A DNA stretch of 58,293 nucleotides from contig JAUCBJ010007757.1 in NCBI GenBank assembly GCA_032718475.1, positions 1-58,293 on the forward strand. Reading direction: 5' to 3'. Shown piece after piece: positions 23,734-35,667 of the stretch. A program made the translations under genes and the position numbers. The DNA is from Nemertoderma westbladi. Its lineage: Eukaryota > Animalia > Xenacoelomorpha. Position 1 is the first letter of the stretch. The number at the start of each line of letters is the position of its first letter. The notes under the pieces are model-generated. The model saw nothing but the letters and a program-made list of their open reading frames with translations, was not told the origin of the DNA and ran no database searches.

Positions 23734-25068
23734 ATGGCGACATCGTTGCCTCCGATCGCGCCGGAGAAACGCAGGTCGCCGACGGTAATCGAGGATATCG
23801 TAGTTGTGACACCGAAGTTGCGAGGGCTGAGCGCGCGGCACCGCGGAGCTATCGAGCGGCACGAACGAATGAAGCTACTGCAACCGAGACTGACACGGCT
23901 GGACACAGCCAGGTACCGGAACACCTACAAACACTCGCTGTTCCTAGATATGCTACGGGAGGGGTTCCATCGTTCCTACTGCGAACTCTCCTTACTCATG
24001 AAGTACCACAGCGACGAGCGAGAGAAAGCGGGCCCTGACAGCGCGATCTGGTATAAACCCGTTCTCGAGAACGAACCAATCAAATGCGACGCCATAAAGG
24101 AAAAACTCATCGAGGCGGAACTATCCTCTCGAAGTTGCGACTTCTTCTCGGTTTACTCGGCACTTCTGTCTCTAGCGGAATATTTCGAGACATCTGAGGA
24201 CTATTGGTTGTCCGAGTATTTCCATAACCGGTGTCTCGAAGCGAGTGGCGATGTAACCGAGGACGGCGGACGTTCTGAGGCCGAAGCGGAACGGAACGTC
24301 GGTAGGATCTACTACCGGCGCGGGGATTTAACCGCGGCGGAACGCCACTTCGAGACATTCTACGGACTCGCGAGCGGCCGCCAGTGGTTCCTCGACGACG
24401 AATCCTCGCTGCATTCCCAGGCCTGCGAACTGCTCACTCTGTTGTACACGCGACGCGCTGACGACTGCCCAACCCCCGACGAGGCCGTGGACTACCTCCT
24501 CAAGGCTTTCAACATGTCACGGGAGGGTGGCGACGCTATGTCCCACGGGAGGGCCTCGTACCGGTTGGGACAGGCCTACGAACTCATCGGGGATCCAGAA
24601 ACCGCGCTAACCTACCTGAACGCTTATCTCGAGATAAGTGAACAGCAGGGTGATATGGAGGCAGTGGCGGACGCATGCGAGTTCATAGCTAAGTCGATGG
24701 AGGCGCAAGGGAACACAGACGAGTGCCTTAAATACCTCCACAGGTTCGAGGAGGTGGCGAGAGAGAGTGGATCTGTGTCCGTTTACAGTCGATCCTGTAG
24801 ATCCCTCGGTGTTGTCTACAACAGTATGGGCGACTTCCGCCAAGCTTCCGACTATTTTTCGAAGGCGTTCCAGGCCAGTCAGACACCTCCGAGTAGTCGA
24901 GGCAGCACTGAGAGCGCAGCTGTCTCTCTCGGTATAGCTAAAGCCCACAACATGTTTCTCCCGTATTCTAACGTCATTGAGCATCCGGAACACGGAAGTA
25001 TTCCCACGGCGCTCAGATGGAAAGATAAACGCGACTTCCCTAAGGACCATTACGATTTGCTGTCTTAG
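23734..25068 (+). CDS. TTC29: Tetratricopeptide repeat protein 29-like (axonemal), single-exon CDS
   Basis: 444-aa ORF with Kozak-like accATGg. RNTYKHSLFLDMLREGFHRSYCEL, TPR-like helices and GIAKAH...WK near the C-terminus match TTC29 as I recall it. Confidence 0.82.
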   Translation: MATSLPPIAPEKRRSPTVIEDIVVVTPKLRGLSARHRGAIERHERMKLLQPRLTRLDTARYRNTYKHSLFLDMLREGFHRSYCELSLLMKYHSDEREKAGPDSAIWYKPVLENEPIKCDAIKEKLIEAELSSRSCDFFSVYSALLSLAEYFETSEDYWLSEYFHNRCLEASGDVTEDGGRSEAEAERNVGRIYYRRGDLTAAERHFETFYGLASGRQWFLDDESSLHSQACELLTLLYTRRADDCPTPDEAVDYLLKAFNMSREGGDAMSHGRASYRLGQAYELIGDPETALTYLNAYLEISEQQGDMEAVADACEFIAKSMEAQGNTDECLKYLHRFEEVARESGSVSVYSRSCRSLGVVYNSMGDFRQASDYFSKAFQASQTPPSSRGSTESAAVSLGIAKAHNMFLPYSNVIEHPEHGSIPTALRWKDKRDFPKDHYDLLS

Positions 25069-25616
25069 GCAATTGTACCAAAATAACAGATAATTTATTA
25101 GTTTATTAGTGGAGGGCGGGACAATTACTTCTTTATAATTCAATTCCGACCTAATTGGGAAGACTTGCTGCAGCTAAATACATCGGATTACTTCCCGAAT
25201 TACTGATTCCTACAGTAGCTGCGTGTTGCCTATTAGTTACAGGAAACATTTTTGTTTTCGACACAGATGGTAATTAAAATAACATGTTAATCTGCGATAC
25301 AATATCTCACCATCAGTAATTTGGTATCGTTTTCATGGTTGTGGCATCTTGTATTGTAGACCCATCATTGTCCAATGTCAGTGTTTAATGAGAACGGAAG
25401 TTCTGGGTATTATTCTGAGTCCAGAGACACCCACAGTCATAGCAGCGATAAGTAAATGAAAATAAAACAAAAAAGTATATTTACGCGTTAAAATGCACAG
25501 TATTACGACTGGGTCTTATACTATGGCTCGAATGTAAAGTTATGTTTTGTATATACAGTATATATAATAATTGTTTATTTTATACTTTTAATTGTATCAG
25601 ATAGGTTCATTCGACG

Positions 25617-26060
25617 CAAACATACAATTATTGAGACAGGGCGGAAACTGGACCCAAATCCCATCCCGGCGAATTAATATCTCGCTTCAATGTTACATTT
25701 TGAATTTGGGGAAAGTAGCAAGTTACAGTGACACGTTTTTCTCACCAAAGCAATAAAACAAACTCAATAGAAACAGGTTACAGTTTTATTTATTGGTGTA
25801 ATCAGCTGTTATTTGTGTCGATTTTCCCCTTGAGAGTGATGACCTCTCGAGGGGAAAATCGACACAAATAACAGCTGATTACACCAATAAATAAAACTGT
25901 AACCTGTTTCTATTGAGTTTGTTTTATTGCTTTGGTGAGAAAAACGTGTCACTGTAACTTGCTACTTTCCCCAAATTCAAAATGTAACATTGAAGCGAGA
26001 TATTAATTCGCCGGGATGGGATTTGGGTCCAGTTTCCGCCCTGTATCAATTGTATGTTTG
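25617..26060. mobile_element. Foldback palindrome / MITE with ~200-bp near-perfect arms
   Basis: cagggcggaaactggaccc (25637) pairs with gggtccagtttccgccctg (26043); ~7-nt loop near 25840. Confidence 0.9.
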
Positions 26061-27282
26061 TAATTAAATTTAATTATGATAAAAAAAGACGATGCGGAAT
26101 GGTTGTTTTGGGGTCGATATTCTTGTATAACGCGTTAATATTATTAGGACTTATTCTCGAACACCCCTTGGGTGGTCTACAATGTCATATTGATTTTGTT
26201 TAAAAATTCCTCCATAGCATAGAGATCACATGAATTAATGAAAATTAATAAGACTTCATTGCATATTCACGATATTTAAAATGTAAATGTTATTGTTTGA
26301 AAATTCTTACTAATTAATTGGTTTCTAGGGACTGCAGTTAAGAAAAGAAAGTGTTTCACATTTATTAAATAATATCTCTATGGTCTATGGATATGGAAGT
26401 TCTGACGAAAATCAAGTGATTCTGAATTCAGCAGTAAACTTTCACTTCTGCATTGACTCTCATGGCAAGGTGTTTAGCCCAATAGCTGTACAATAACAGA
26501 GAATCAACATAGGATAATAAAATATGGCATCGTCCACTGCTGTATTAATTGTCGTAATAGCATAGCTACCATGTTGCCTACCACTTCACTTGTATATTTG
26601 TTTGACCCTGTGAGGTTGAACTCAGTGAACTTTAGCATACAGTTTAGAAATGTTCATGTAATATTTTTAATTGTAGCTCATAAACAACGTAATCAAAATT
26701 TAACACAATGAAGTTATTCAAATAAATCGTGGCCAAATGATATTCCGGCTCGTGTTACTTAACACTTCTTTCTACCTAACGAATATTACCCATAGAACTT
26801 CATCTACTCGAGTAAGAGCCGAGGCGGTTAAGCTTATAAAAATTATCATAGATTTATTCGAGATGGGCGTTTAAATACCTAATTGTGTGGTTGTGGGCCA
26901 TTTATTGTAGTAGAGTGAGACATTCAGACGAAATATTCCCCTTCAAGGCCGATATACACACGTGGCAATCTTTTAGCAACCTCGCTACGGTCCTTTTGCA
27001 ACTGTCAGCAACTTGGCGAGCCACGCAGGTTACCGATCAAGTTGCTCCATGAAACACGAAATTGCTGTAAAAACAAGTTGCTGGGGAAAATAAGTAACTA
27101 GTAAAAGGATTGCATTAATTTTGCTTTTTTCCCGGCGAATAAAGTAAAATAAAATATTTTAGTGGAATTTCGAAAATTGTATTAAAATGTGTTGAAAGAT
27201 CATCGACGTACGCACGTAACACTATTTCTTTGTATCTTTTATTAAATAATTGAGAAACAAAAAAGTACCAATTTAAGAATAA

Positions 27283-27429
27283 AATTACATATTACATGGG
27301 AAAAAAACGTAAAACATTTTTTCCAATATATTCTCTCGACCCTTTATTAACCTCGCTGACGCTCGGTAAATAAAATGCCTCAAGAATAGTGAAAAAAAGT
27401 CATACTTTTTTCTCATGTAATACACAATT
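27283..27429. mobile_element. Degenerate palindromic MITE-like element
   Basis: tattacatgggaaaaaa...ttttttctcatgtaata arms with centre cctcgctgacgctcgg. Confidence 0.6.
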
Positions 27430-28416
27430 ATATACTCACACCTTTTACATTATTTTCACAGCAAATGTTGATGTTGAATTCTAACAATGTAATTTGTAAT
27501 AATTTTTAACTATACATCTATATTGAATTTACATTAATCGGTACGAATTGTGTTAAGGTTACATAGTACATTCCCCAATTTTTAAACTAGCTGCCGGTAG
27601 TTCTTTATGTTAACTGGCTAATTATTATTATTAAAAAAGTTTTAGAACTTTTTTATAAAGTTTAAAATTATACATACTTGCTAATTGTTGCTACTTTGTA
27701 AATAAGTTCAAAACACTATTTTGATTCTAGAACATTTTTATAATATATTCAAAATGGTCCATTTATCTCCAGCTAGTTTTTGCTATTTTTAATTATCTAG
27801 AAAATGTTCCTATAATTTAAGTTCCCGAACAAGTTTTTCTTATTCTAGAGAAAGAACTTTTTTTTTTAATTGATCTGAAACCTTTCGTTATAAAAGCTAT
27901 AGAAACATGTTTTAGAACATTTCAAACAAATCTTAAATACATTGGTATAATGTTTACCAATATTCCATACAATAAATGCTTAACATGTCAACGCTTAAAT
28001 GCTTACATTCTATTCACTTAGGCCTAAATCAAACTAATATATTGAGATCCGTTTTGGAGTACCCCTTGCAGACACTAAAGTTGAAATAACTTTCGAGTGT
28101 GTGCATGGATGGGTTGAGCTCAAATTACGTACAAACCTTTTCTACTTCGATGCTCCTTCAACACATGAAATAAAAAAGAACAAACTCCACAAAACTATAA
28201 AGTTAAATCAATGCAATCCTATTTCTTTCGATTTTGGGGTATATTCGAGCGAAATAAAGTATCAATTAATTTAAGAATAAAAATATTTTAGAAATATTAG
28301 ATTACGTGAAAACAAAACATTTGAAAACTATTTATAATTTACTTGCAGTGAAATGAATGAAGTAAATAGTTTTTCAATTCAATTTGTATTTATTACTCAA
28401 AAGAATTTATTAAAAA

Positions 28417-29526
28417 TCATAAATGCACATCACCCTCATTCCCTTTCTTCACTCGTTTATTATTTCGAGTTTTCCCCACTGGCATTGCACACCGTTTAGC
28501 CGATTTGGATTCGATTTTCAGATCAGACATAAACAACACGCACTGAGCCCAACCGGCCAAAGGTCCGTACAAACACCCAAACATACGAGCGATTCCGCTG
28601 TAGGATTTATCCGTTAAAGTCTTTGTTAGTTTCAGATGGGAAATATGATCCTTGTAATCGCGTTGGGCGATCTGAAATACGTGCGTGTCTACGGGAACGA
28701 CGGAGAGTTTATCTAGAGACATGAGGCAAATACAATCGGCGACTTTTGGACCAACACCGGAAATCCCCATAAGGTGAGAGCGTGCCTCGGGGTAGGTTGT
28801 CAAACGCAATGAGTTTAACCAATCAGATCCCCCCTTCAGAGCGACCTGAGTAGCCGCTTTTGCGACGTACCGAGCTCTGTAGCCGAACCCAAGTCGACCT
28901 AGATGGGTCTCTACCTCGGTATTGTTCAACGAGTCCACGTCCGGGAAGGAATAAAACTTGCCAAAATTGGGAACATCCGCTACAACTTCCCCGTATTGGG
29001 CGCACAATCCCTCAATCATTCCGGTAATACGCGAAATATTATTATTCTGTGAGCAAATAAAGGAGAACAGATTTTCTGTGGGGTCCTGTCGCAACAGACG
29101 TATCCCGGGATGGGAATCCGCCAAGGACTTAAACAAGGAATCCTTGCGACCCCATTCCGAGTACAAATCCACGAGTTTATAGTCCAAACGGAAGTAGTCC
29201 ACTATTCTATCCTCAGTACAAGATGAGCTTGAAGGAATCGCTGAACCTGTCCGGGTGCGCTTTTTACGCGAAGGACCAGCTGAACTGGTATTCTTCCGTG
29301 AAGGGCCTATGTTATAGTAAATGCCTTCCTCTGTTTGCCTAAGTAACCACAGCGATTTATTAATAACACCTGCCCACTGCCACTGCGGGAGTTTTGTATC
29401 TTCTTCAATCACAGTCGGTTGTCGCCATCGGAAAGATTGACCACTTGACAGAGTTGATGATAAACACAATTCTTCCCTGGGAATAGGAAAGAAGCTTTCC
29501 GACCGAGTTGCCTTTTCTTCTACCAT
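28417..29526 (-). CDS. OGG1: 8-oxoguanine DNA glycosylase/AP lyase, single-exon CDS
   Basis: TLSSGQSFRW, GIRLLRQDPTENLFSFICSQNNNISRI, LGFGYRA, HhH GVGPKVADC (catalytic Lys), VPVDTHV (catalytic Asp), AGWAQ. ATG at 29526 preferred to the TTG at 29652. Confidence 0.96.
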   Translation of the reverse strand: MVEEKATRSESFFPIPREELCLSSTLSSGQSFRWRQPTVIEEDTKLPQWQWAGVINKSLWLLRQTEEGIYYNIGPSRKNTSSAGPSRKKRTRTGSAIPSSSSCTEDRIVDYFRLDYKLVDLYSEWGRKDSLFKSLADSHPGIRLLRQDPTENLFSFICSQNNNISRITGMIEGLCAQYGEVVADVPNFGKFYSFPDVDSLNNTEVETHLGRLGFGYRARYVAKAATQVALKGGSDWLNSLRLTTYPEARSHLMGISGVGPKVADCICLMSLDKLSVVPVDTHVFQIAQRDYKDHISHLKLTKTLTDKSYSGIARMFGCLYGPLAGWAQCVLFMSDLKIESKSAKRCAMPVGKTRNNKRVKKGNEGDVHL

Positions 29527-30476
29527 ATTCCTATTAAATGCGGTACAATTGTGTACAGCTACCGACCGAGCAGTACCTGTAAGTCTGTAAGTGTAAATAA
29601 ACTGTAACTGATATGAACGGATCATAAGATTGACGGACTGCGTAATGTGCAAATAATTAATTACAATATGGACGTCAGTGTAATCCTATAACCAGACTCA
29701 GATTGTCAGACAGCTGAAAACGGTTCCAGGACAAAGGTCCGGACCGAAAACCTACAGCAACGAGTAGTTAAATAAAAACAGGATTGCTCTTTAGGTGAAT
29801 TCAAATTTCCCGGTTTAATCTAATATCTAATGCGTAAATGGCATCGTTGAAGAGCAGATATGTTTTTAACAATATACAGTACAGTCCCTATTTCGTTAAG
29901 AACCGACTGGTCTGCTCTTGGACTTGCAGTAACACGTTTCTAGGCAGATAGGTAACAACTGCGTAAGTGGAATTTGCATAATATGCAACATGCGAAAACT
30001 TACTTTCAGATACAGTAGTATAGACGATTAGAATAAAACATTTAAAAATATATTATATATTACATAGTTGCTTTTTTTCAATAGTTACACTTGGGTCTAT
30101 AAAATATAGGCCTAATATGTAAGTTAAAAAGATGTTAATGGATTAAAGATGTGAAAGTTATAAAGTTGTTAATATATTATATGGTACCGAAGTAAAGATC
30201 CTGTTAATCCATGGCTGTTAATTATAGTTAGTATATATATTGCTGTCCCGTAGAGCTGGTTTAGTTATTAATGTGACACCGCCTCCCATAATTTTTTTTA
30301 CAAACCTTAATGAGATTGCATGAAATTTGAAACAGAGATAGTTTCACCTCCCGACCACTACTGCTTGGGTGAGCCAGAATTTTAATTTTTGCTTTCAATC
30401 TTTAGCTACAAGCGTATAAAAAAAAGTGTCTCCAGCAATATTACACCAGTTAAACCGCAGTTATTCTTCTACCTTA

Positions 30477-30884
30477 TAGCTGTTTGTTGGTACCAATGTA
30501 AAGCTGGTCATGCAAGCATTCTAAATTATGTAACAAAATTTGAATTTCGTTGAAAAATAGCTGAGATATGAGCGTTCAAATGTTGCATGGTGTTGCACCT
30601 GCGCGAGGCTATTTTATTCTATTTAATATGCATCATAATCTGGAATATTTTGTTTATTCAAATACGTAGCTGGGCAACAATGCATTACAGATTTAAGATT
30701 AAAGATTACATCTTTAATCATTCTGTTACGTAGCTATTCATACATTAAAAAAATGTTCCAGAATATCGTTTATTTATTAAATATAATAAAATAGCCTCGC
30801 GCCGGTGCAAAACCGTGCAACATTTGAACGCTCATAGCTCAGCTATTTTTCAACGAAATTCAATTCCAATTCCAACAAACAGCT
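30477..30884. mobile_element. Palindromic MITE-like element, truncated on the right by the LTR at 30885
   Basis: tgaatttcgttgaaaaatagctgag...gcgcgaggctattttatt (30541-30620) is inverted at ~30786-30862; agctgtttgttgg pairs with ccaacaaacagct. Confidence 0.75.
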
Positions 30885-31298
30885 TGTAAATAATCGCCAG
30901 GTTGTCGACCGAACTTTCTAATTTATCTGTACCCATTTTTGGGATCGAAACGTAATCTGCTGTCTTTGCAGCACTCTGTCCAACCTCCCTCTAGCGGGAA
31001 GGTTGGCAGGCCCTCTTAGGATCGAAACGTAACTAACTGGCCACTCAGCAGTCTCCTTGGCTACCCAATCAGGACTCTTCCTGGGAAGGTATTTAAGGAG
31101 CTGCTCGCCACTTTTTCTTCACTCCCAAGTCAACAACCCTTTCCTTGTGCAAACCCCCGCAACAAAGTTTAGTGATTTAATTGTTTCCTCTTCTGTTTCC
31201 TTATTATTCATTGAATTATTAAAAATAAACTCAGTTATAGCTTTTACTCAAAATCAACTTTTTCAACCTTCACCATCAGAAATCTCTTCTACCTCTAC
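30885..31298 (+). repeat. Putative 5' LTR of a second BEL/Pao family
   Basis: Starts tgtaaat, contains TATA-like tatttaa and aataaa, followed by PBS-like tgggggcc (31301) and gag ATG (31427). Partner LTR is outside the window. Confidence 0.55.
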
Positions 31299-31426
31299 TT
31301 TGGGGGCCGACACACTGACACACATTTGCACTCCCTTCGGCAACTGGGATTCTAAAATCAAAGGACTCTCTTCATCTCTCAACGCCCAGTTCGCCACACC
31401 GGATTCCTCTCTCAACCACACTAACT

Positions 31427-33530
31427 ATGGAGAACTTCGCCGAGGCTACTCTACGGGGTCGCAAGAAGTCCACAAAGAAGGCCAACACTTCTCAGATCCG
31501 CGAGATAACCGCTCTGGATCCTGACACCCCTGAGCGCCAAGGACATCTGGCGATACACACCGGTCGACTACAGCAGCGAAAAGGCTGCTGGAAGTCTTCT
31601 TCTACTCAAGTCTGAGGATGAAGAAGCCGCCGAACTACTGTCAGACGAAATGGAGTCGGAACGGGATCGAATCTTAGAGGCCGAACTCCATCTAGAACAG
31701 CTCCAGAAACTCTTCCCTGCCAATCAACCGGCACCTCCTTCTGACTGCGACTCTACTGCGTCGTCTGCTGCTGCTGCTGGCGTTGATGCCATCCTGTCTA
31801 CCTCAACGCTCCCTAAACTGTCGCTGCCCACCTTCTCGGGCGATCCCCTGGATTGGCGACAGTTCTACGACCAGTTCGTCGCTCTGGTCGACTTCGACAA
31901 ATCGACTGTCTCCCCTGCGGCAAGTTCATTGACCTGAGGAACTGCCTACAGGGTCCTGCTTTCGCCGCCGTGCAGGGCATCACCTACGCCACGGCCACCA
32001 AAGAACTTCTCTCTCAGTTTGGTCAACCAAACGTTTTGATTGCTCTGTACAGCCATAGGATCGTCAACGCCCCTGCAGTCACCAGTGATAACCCGGATCA
32101 ACTCCGCATTCTGGTCGACACCTTCTCTGCCTCCGCCAGAGAGATGGAGTCTATATTCGAGGACGTGGAGACGACTGGGCTAAATGGGGAGCGAGCCCCA
32201 TGTGCATTCTCCACGAAACTAGCTGGACTCCACTTTGCTCAACAGCTTATGTCCAAGCTTCTGAAGACGATTGTATTGGAATGGAATCGCCGGAACACCG
32301 AACCTACCGGTTGTCACAACCTCGAGGCGTTGCTCAATTTCCTTAAGACTGAGCTGGAAGGCCTCGAGGCCTACATACGCTATGGAGAGCCGTCCAAGCG
32401 TCCTGACCCTCGACCTACATCTCCCAACACTTGACAAAACCAGAAACCCTCTGTTACCTTCTCTGCTAAAACTCTGATGCCTCCTTGGATCAAAGACCTC
32501 CCTAGCGGTGAGCGGCTCACAGCAGTGAGGGCACAGCGACTCTGCAGCAACTGCCTGGCTGGTGGCTATATCGTGTCCACCTGCCCACAACCTCCCAGCT
32601 GATTCAACAACTTCCCCCCCCCCTGGGGGACCTTATAGGGTCGGCTCATCCTCTACCTCTGGTGGGCGTCGTCCAGCTCCCTCTTCTAATCCTCACCTGG
32701 ATCCTTCGGTTCCAGAGTTTAGACCTCCTGCCAGGACTATGGTGGCTTGTTGAAGGCCACACATGGCACACCTGCAGACTGCCGTGGTGACCGCTAGCGA
32801 CCCCCACCAAACTGCTTCTAGAAAGATCAGACTCCTCCTAGACACCGGGTCGGAGGAGTCCTACATAACCTCCGAACTCGCCAGCTACCTCGAGCTGCCG
32901 GTTCGAGACAGAGCCTCATTTATCTCTGAGGCTTTCGGTGGCATTGTCACACCAACTCAGGATCGTTGTCAGGTGGGCCTCCTCCTTAGCAAGGGAACCT
33001 CGTCCTTTGGCATCCGGGCCTGGGTGGTGGACACTATCTGCTCCCCCCTGGGCCCACAAAACCTTAGATCCACCAACTGGATCACCATCGACCTGGCGGA
33101 CCCTGACCCTTCAGCGGTTCGCCCCACATGCTTCCTCATCGGCGCCGACCTCCTCCCTCGCGTCCTCCTTCCTGGGATGATCACTGAGAGCCGGGTCATG
33201 GCCCAGAATACGATCTTTGTGTGGACCCTCCTTGGCAGTCACACATCTGCAACACCCAGTCTCTTCCGTGTGTGTACCAGGAGCCTGGACATCCTCTGGG
33301 ACCTGGAGACCATCGGGATAGACCATAAATCAGATGATGAAGGTTTGGACTCCTTCATCAAACCGCGTCTCGTTCGGGACGGTTCGAGATCAACCTCCCT
33401 TGGATCGACGACTGCAGACCATCCTCTAACTACGGCAGAGTCCCCTCACGCCAGCTGAGACCCCATCATCTTGAGGGACTCAAACAACTCGAGTCACTGG
33501 GGTACATTGAGAGACTGGTCTCTCTTCCCC
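31427..33530 (+). pseudogene. Degenerate gag-protease-RT start of the second BEL/Pao family
   Basis: LPKLSLPTFSGDPLDWRQFYDQF, LRNCLQGPA, LCSNCL, LLLDTGSEESYIT, LWDLETIGI, LESLGYIE; several frameshifts and stops. Confidence 0.88.
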
Positions 33531-34709
33531 TGTAAAAGCTTTTGCGGAATTAGCTGGTTGTTTTCCCCGCAAAGTACTCTGTAGTTGGTTTAACGGACAT
33601 AAAAAGCCGTTTCCTTACTGTACCGGTGTTTTAGTGAACATAAAAAGCCATTTCTTCTGTATGTGTACTTTAGCGGACATAACTAGCAATTTTATGTCGC
33701 AATACGCTAAAATCCTCTTGACACAGTGTAGTTACTATGACGACGGCTAACAGCTGATATGTACATGTGTAGCTTTTCCTTTGTTTCTTTGTTCGGACAA
33801 CCAATCATAGCGATTCTCCTGTTATTTGTACAGAAACCTCCGGGAAATCGCGCAATGCATTACGGTTTATGTTTACCTTTTTTCCTGATGCCAGAAGACC
33901 GGCTTTGGAATTTCTGTGTTTTCAGGCTTTAGCCAAACATTAGTAGGCTTTGGTCATAGAAACGTATAACCGTTATCTAACATACCATACCAAATCAAAT
34001 CAAACCACACTGCATGTCAACTACAAACACCACAATTTTACTGCTATTTACTGTCGGTTATTAATTATCAGTTGATGGAATATTATTATATTGGATAATA
34101 TCGATAAATAATTATAAAACCCCCAATCTTCTTGATATACTGAAGGTAAGAGACCGGTTAGATATAACAATTGCGACTTACATTATATTGGTTTTGGAGT
34201 GAATCTAATGCTATTTCATAGGCACTACATGAGTGAGTTGTTGTTCTCTTTATATGTGACTAAAATTAGTGAAGGTCGGCAGATCGGTGTGCAGCATTGT
34301 GCGGTAGTGTGCATGATTGTGACTGATAACGAAGCATCTCCTAAAGAATGCGCTTTATACGTGAATCCATAGCCATCCCGTTGTGTCTAGTGTAAGTCAT
34401 AACTCTGTTTACATATTTAGAGCGCCACGTCCTAAAGGAACTGTTAATATTTCCCGAAAGTGAATAATATTGGTCAGAGATTATATATTAACAATCAGTC
34501 GAATAATACAGTAGGCCTACACCGCAATAAGGTCAAAGCTTCAGAATCCAGTCTCCCGGGTATATCCAGCGGGTGAATGGTCGCGCATAGACTGGCTTCG
34601 GCTAATGTAGTGTATCAAATACTCTTTATAGGCTAAAGTCGATTTATAATCTAGAAGACATCTAAATTTGGCAGGTTAAACTGCTAAAAAACTGCTGAAA
34701 GCGCGAACA
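33531..34709 (+). repeat. 5' LTR
   Basis: tgtaaaagcttttgcggaattagc...gcgcgaaca; highly similar to 56309-57484. Confidence 0.95.
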
Positions 34710-34988
34710 ATAACGGTTATTGCTTCTGTATTGCAGTAGGCAATAAAGCTGAAGTGCCGGTCAACCGGTACCCAGTAGGCCTAACTACCTAACCACCCGA
34801 ACCGGTACTTACAGCAGTACAGGTACAGCAGTATTATTCGATTTTGATAATTATATACCGGTAGGCCTTAATATTTAATCAGGGAGGGCCTGCCATGGTT
34901 TTTTATTGGGATTTTACTTTTTTCTGGCAGTTTTATTTATTTGTAGGCCAATATTGAGCAGAAGGCGTGTAAGCCTGCTCAGATTGTA

Positions 34989-35539
34989 TAGATAATTTGT
35001 AGGCTGGATTGTTGTCTGGCTGTTGTTAGGTCTGAAGAGATTGCGGTGTGTGTAGAGTGTATGTCCGATAAAGTACTAGTTAGGAATGTAGGGGCTTCCA
35101 GTGTTGTTAGGTCAATCCCCCTGAAAGAATAAGTCGTACTATTTGGTTAGAACGCATACTAACTAACCATTTCGGAGTCTGCATATACTGTAGTTTGTTT
35201 AGGCTTGATAGTAGTCTGCCAGCGTTTGGTCAGTATTTTTGTTTGTGTAGTCTGTACGGGTAGCGTAATATTTCTTATTTAGATAATTTGTAGGCTGGAC
35301 TGTTGTCTCACTGTTGTTAAGTCTGAAGAGATTACGGTGTGTATAGAGTGTATGTCGGATAAAGTACTAGTTGGGAACGTAGGGGCTTCCAGTGCTGTGA
35401 GGTAAATCCCCTCGAAAGAATAAGTCGTACTACTCGGTTAGAACACATACTAACTAACCATTTCAGAGTCTGCATATACTGTAGTTTGTTTAGGCTTGAT
35501 AGTAGTCTGCCAGCATTTGGTCTGTATTTTTGTTTGTGT
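34989..35539 (+). repeat. 291-bp leader tandem repeat (units 1-2; the remainder and unit 3 are split across 38129-38222 and 39861-40090)
   Basis: tagataatttgtaggctgg at 34989, 35280 and 38160. Confidence 0.88.
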
Positions 35540-35636
35540 GGGGCGAGCCACGAAGTTGGCGGAGCCTTAGCGAATTGACACTGTTAGGGGGTGGGTCAAT
35601 TTATGCAAATAGTTGTCGTCGTCGTCGTCGTCGTTG

Positions 35637-35667
<31 letters not shown>

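Noticed and set aside
26944-27100. Possible Harbinger-like MITE end (ggccgatatacacacg)
   Set aside because: No matching inverted end or TSD found.
7933-29526. Functional link between the dUTPase-like gene and OGG1 as a DNA-repair cluster
   Set aside because: The dUTPase-like gene is Maverick cargo nested in a retrotransposon and looks inactive; the proximity is incidental.
35030-35130. Hammerhead ribozyme in the leader repeat (ctgaaga...gaaa)
   Set aside because: I could not form stems I-III around the core words.
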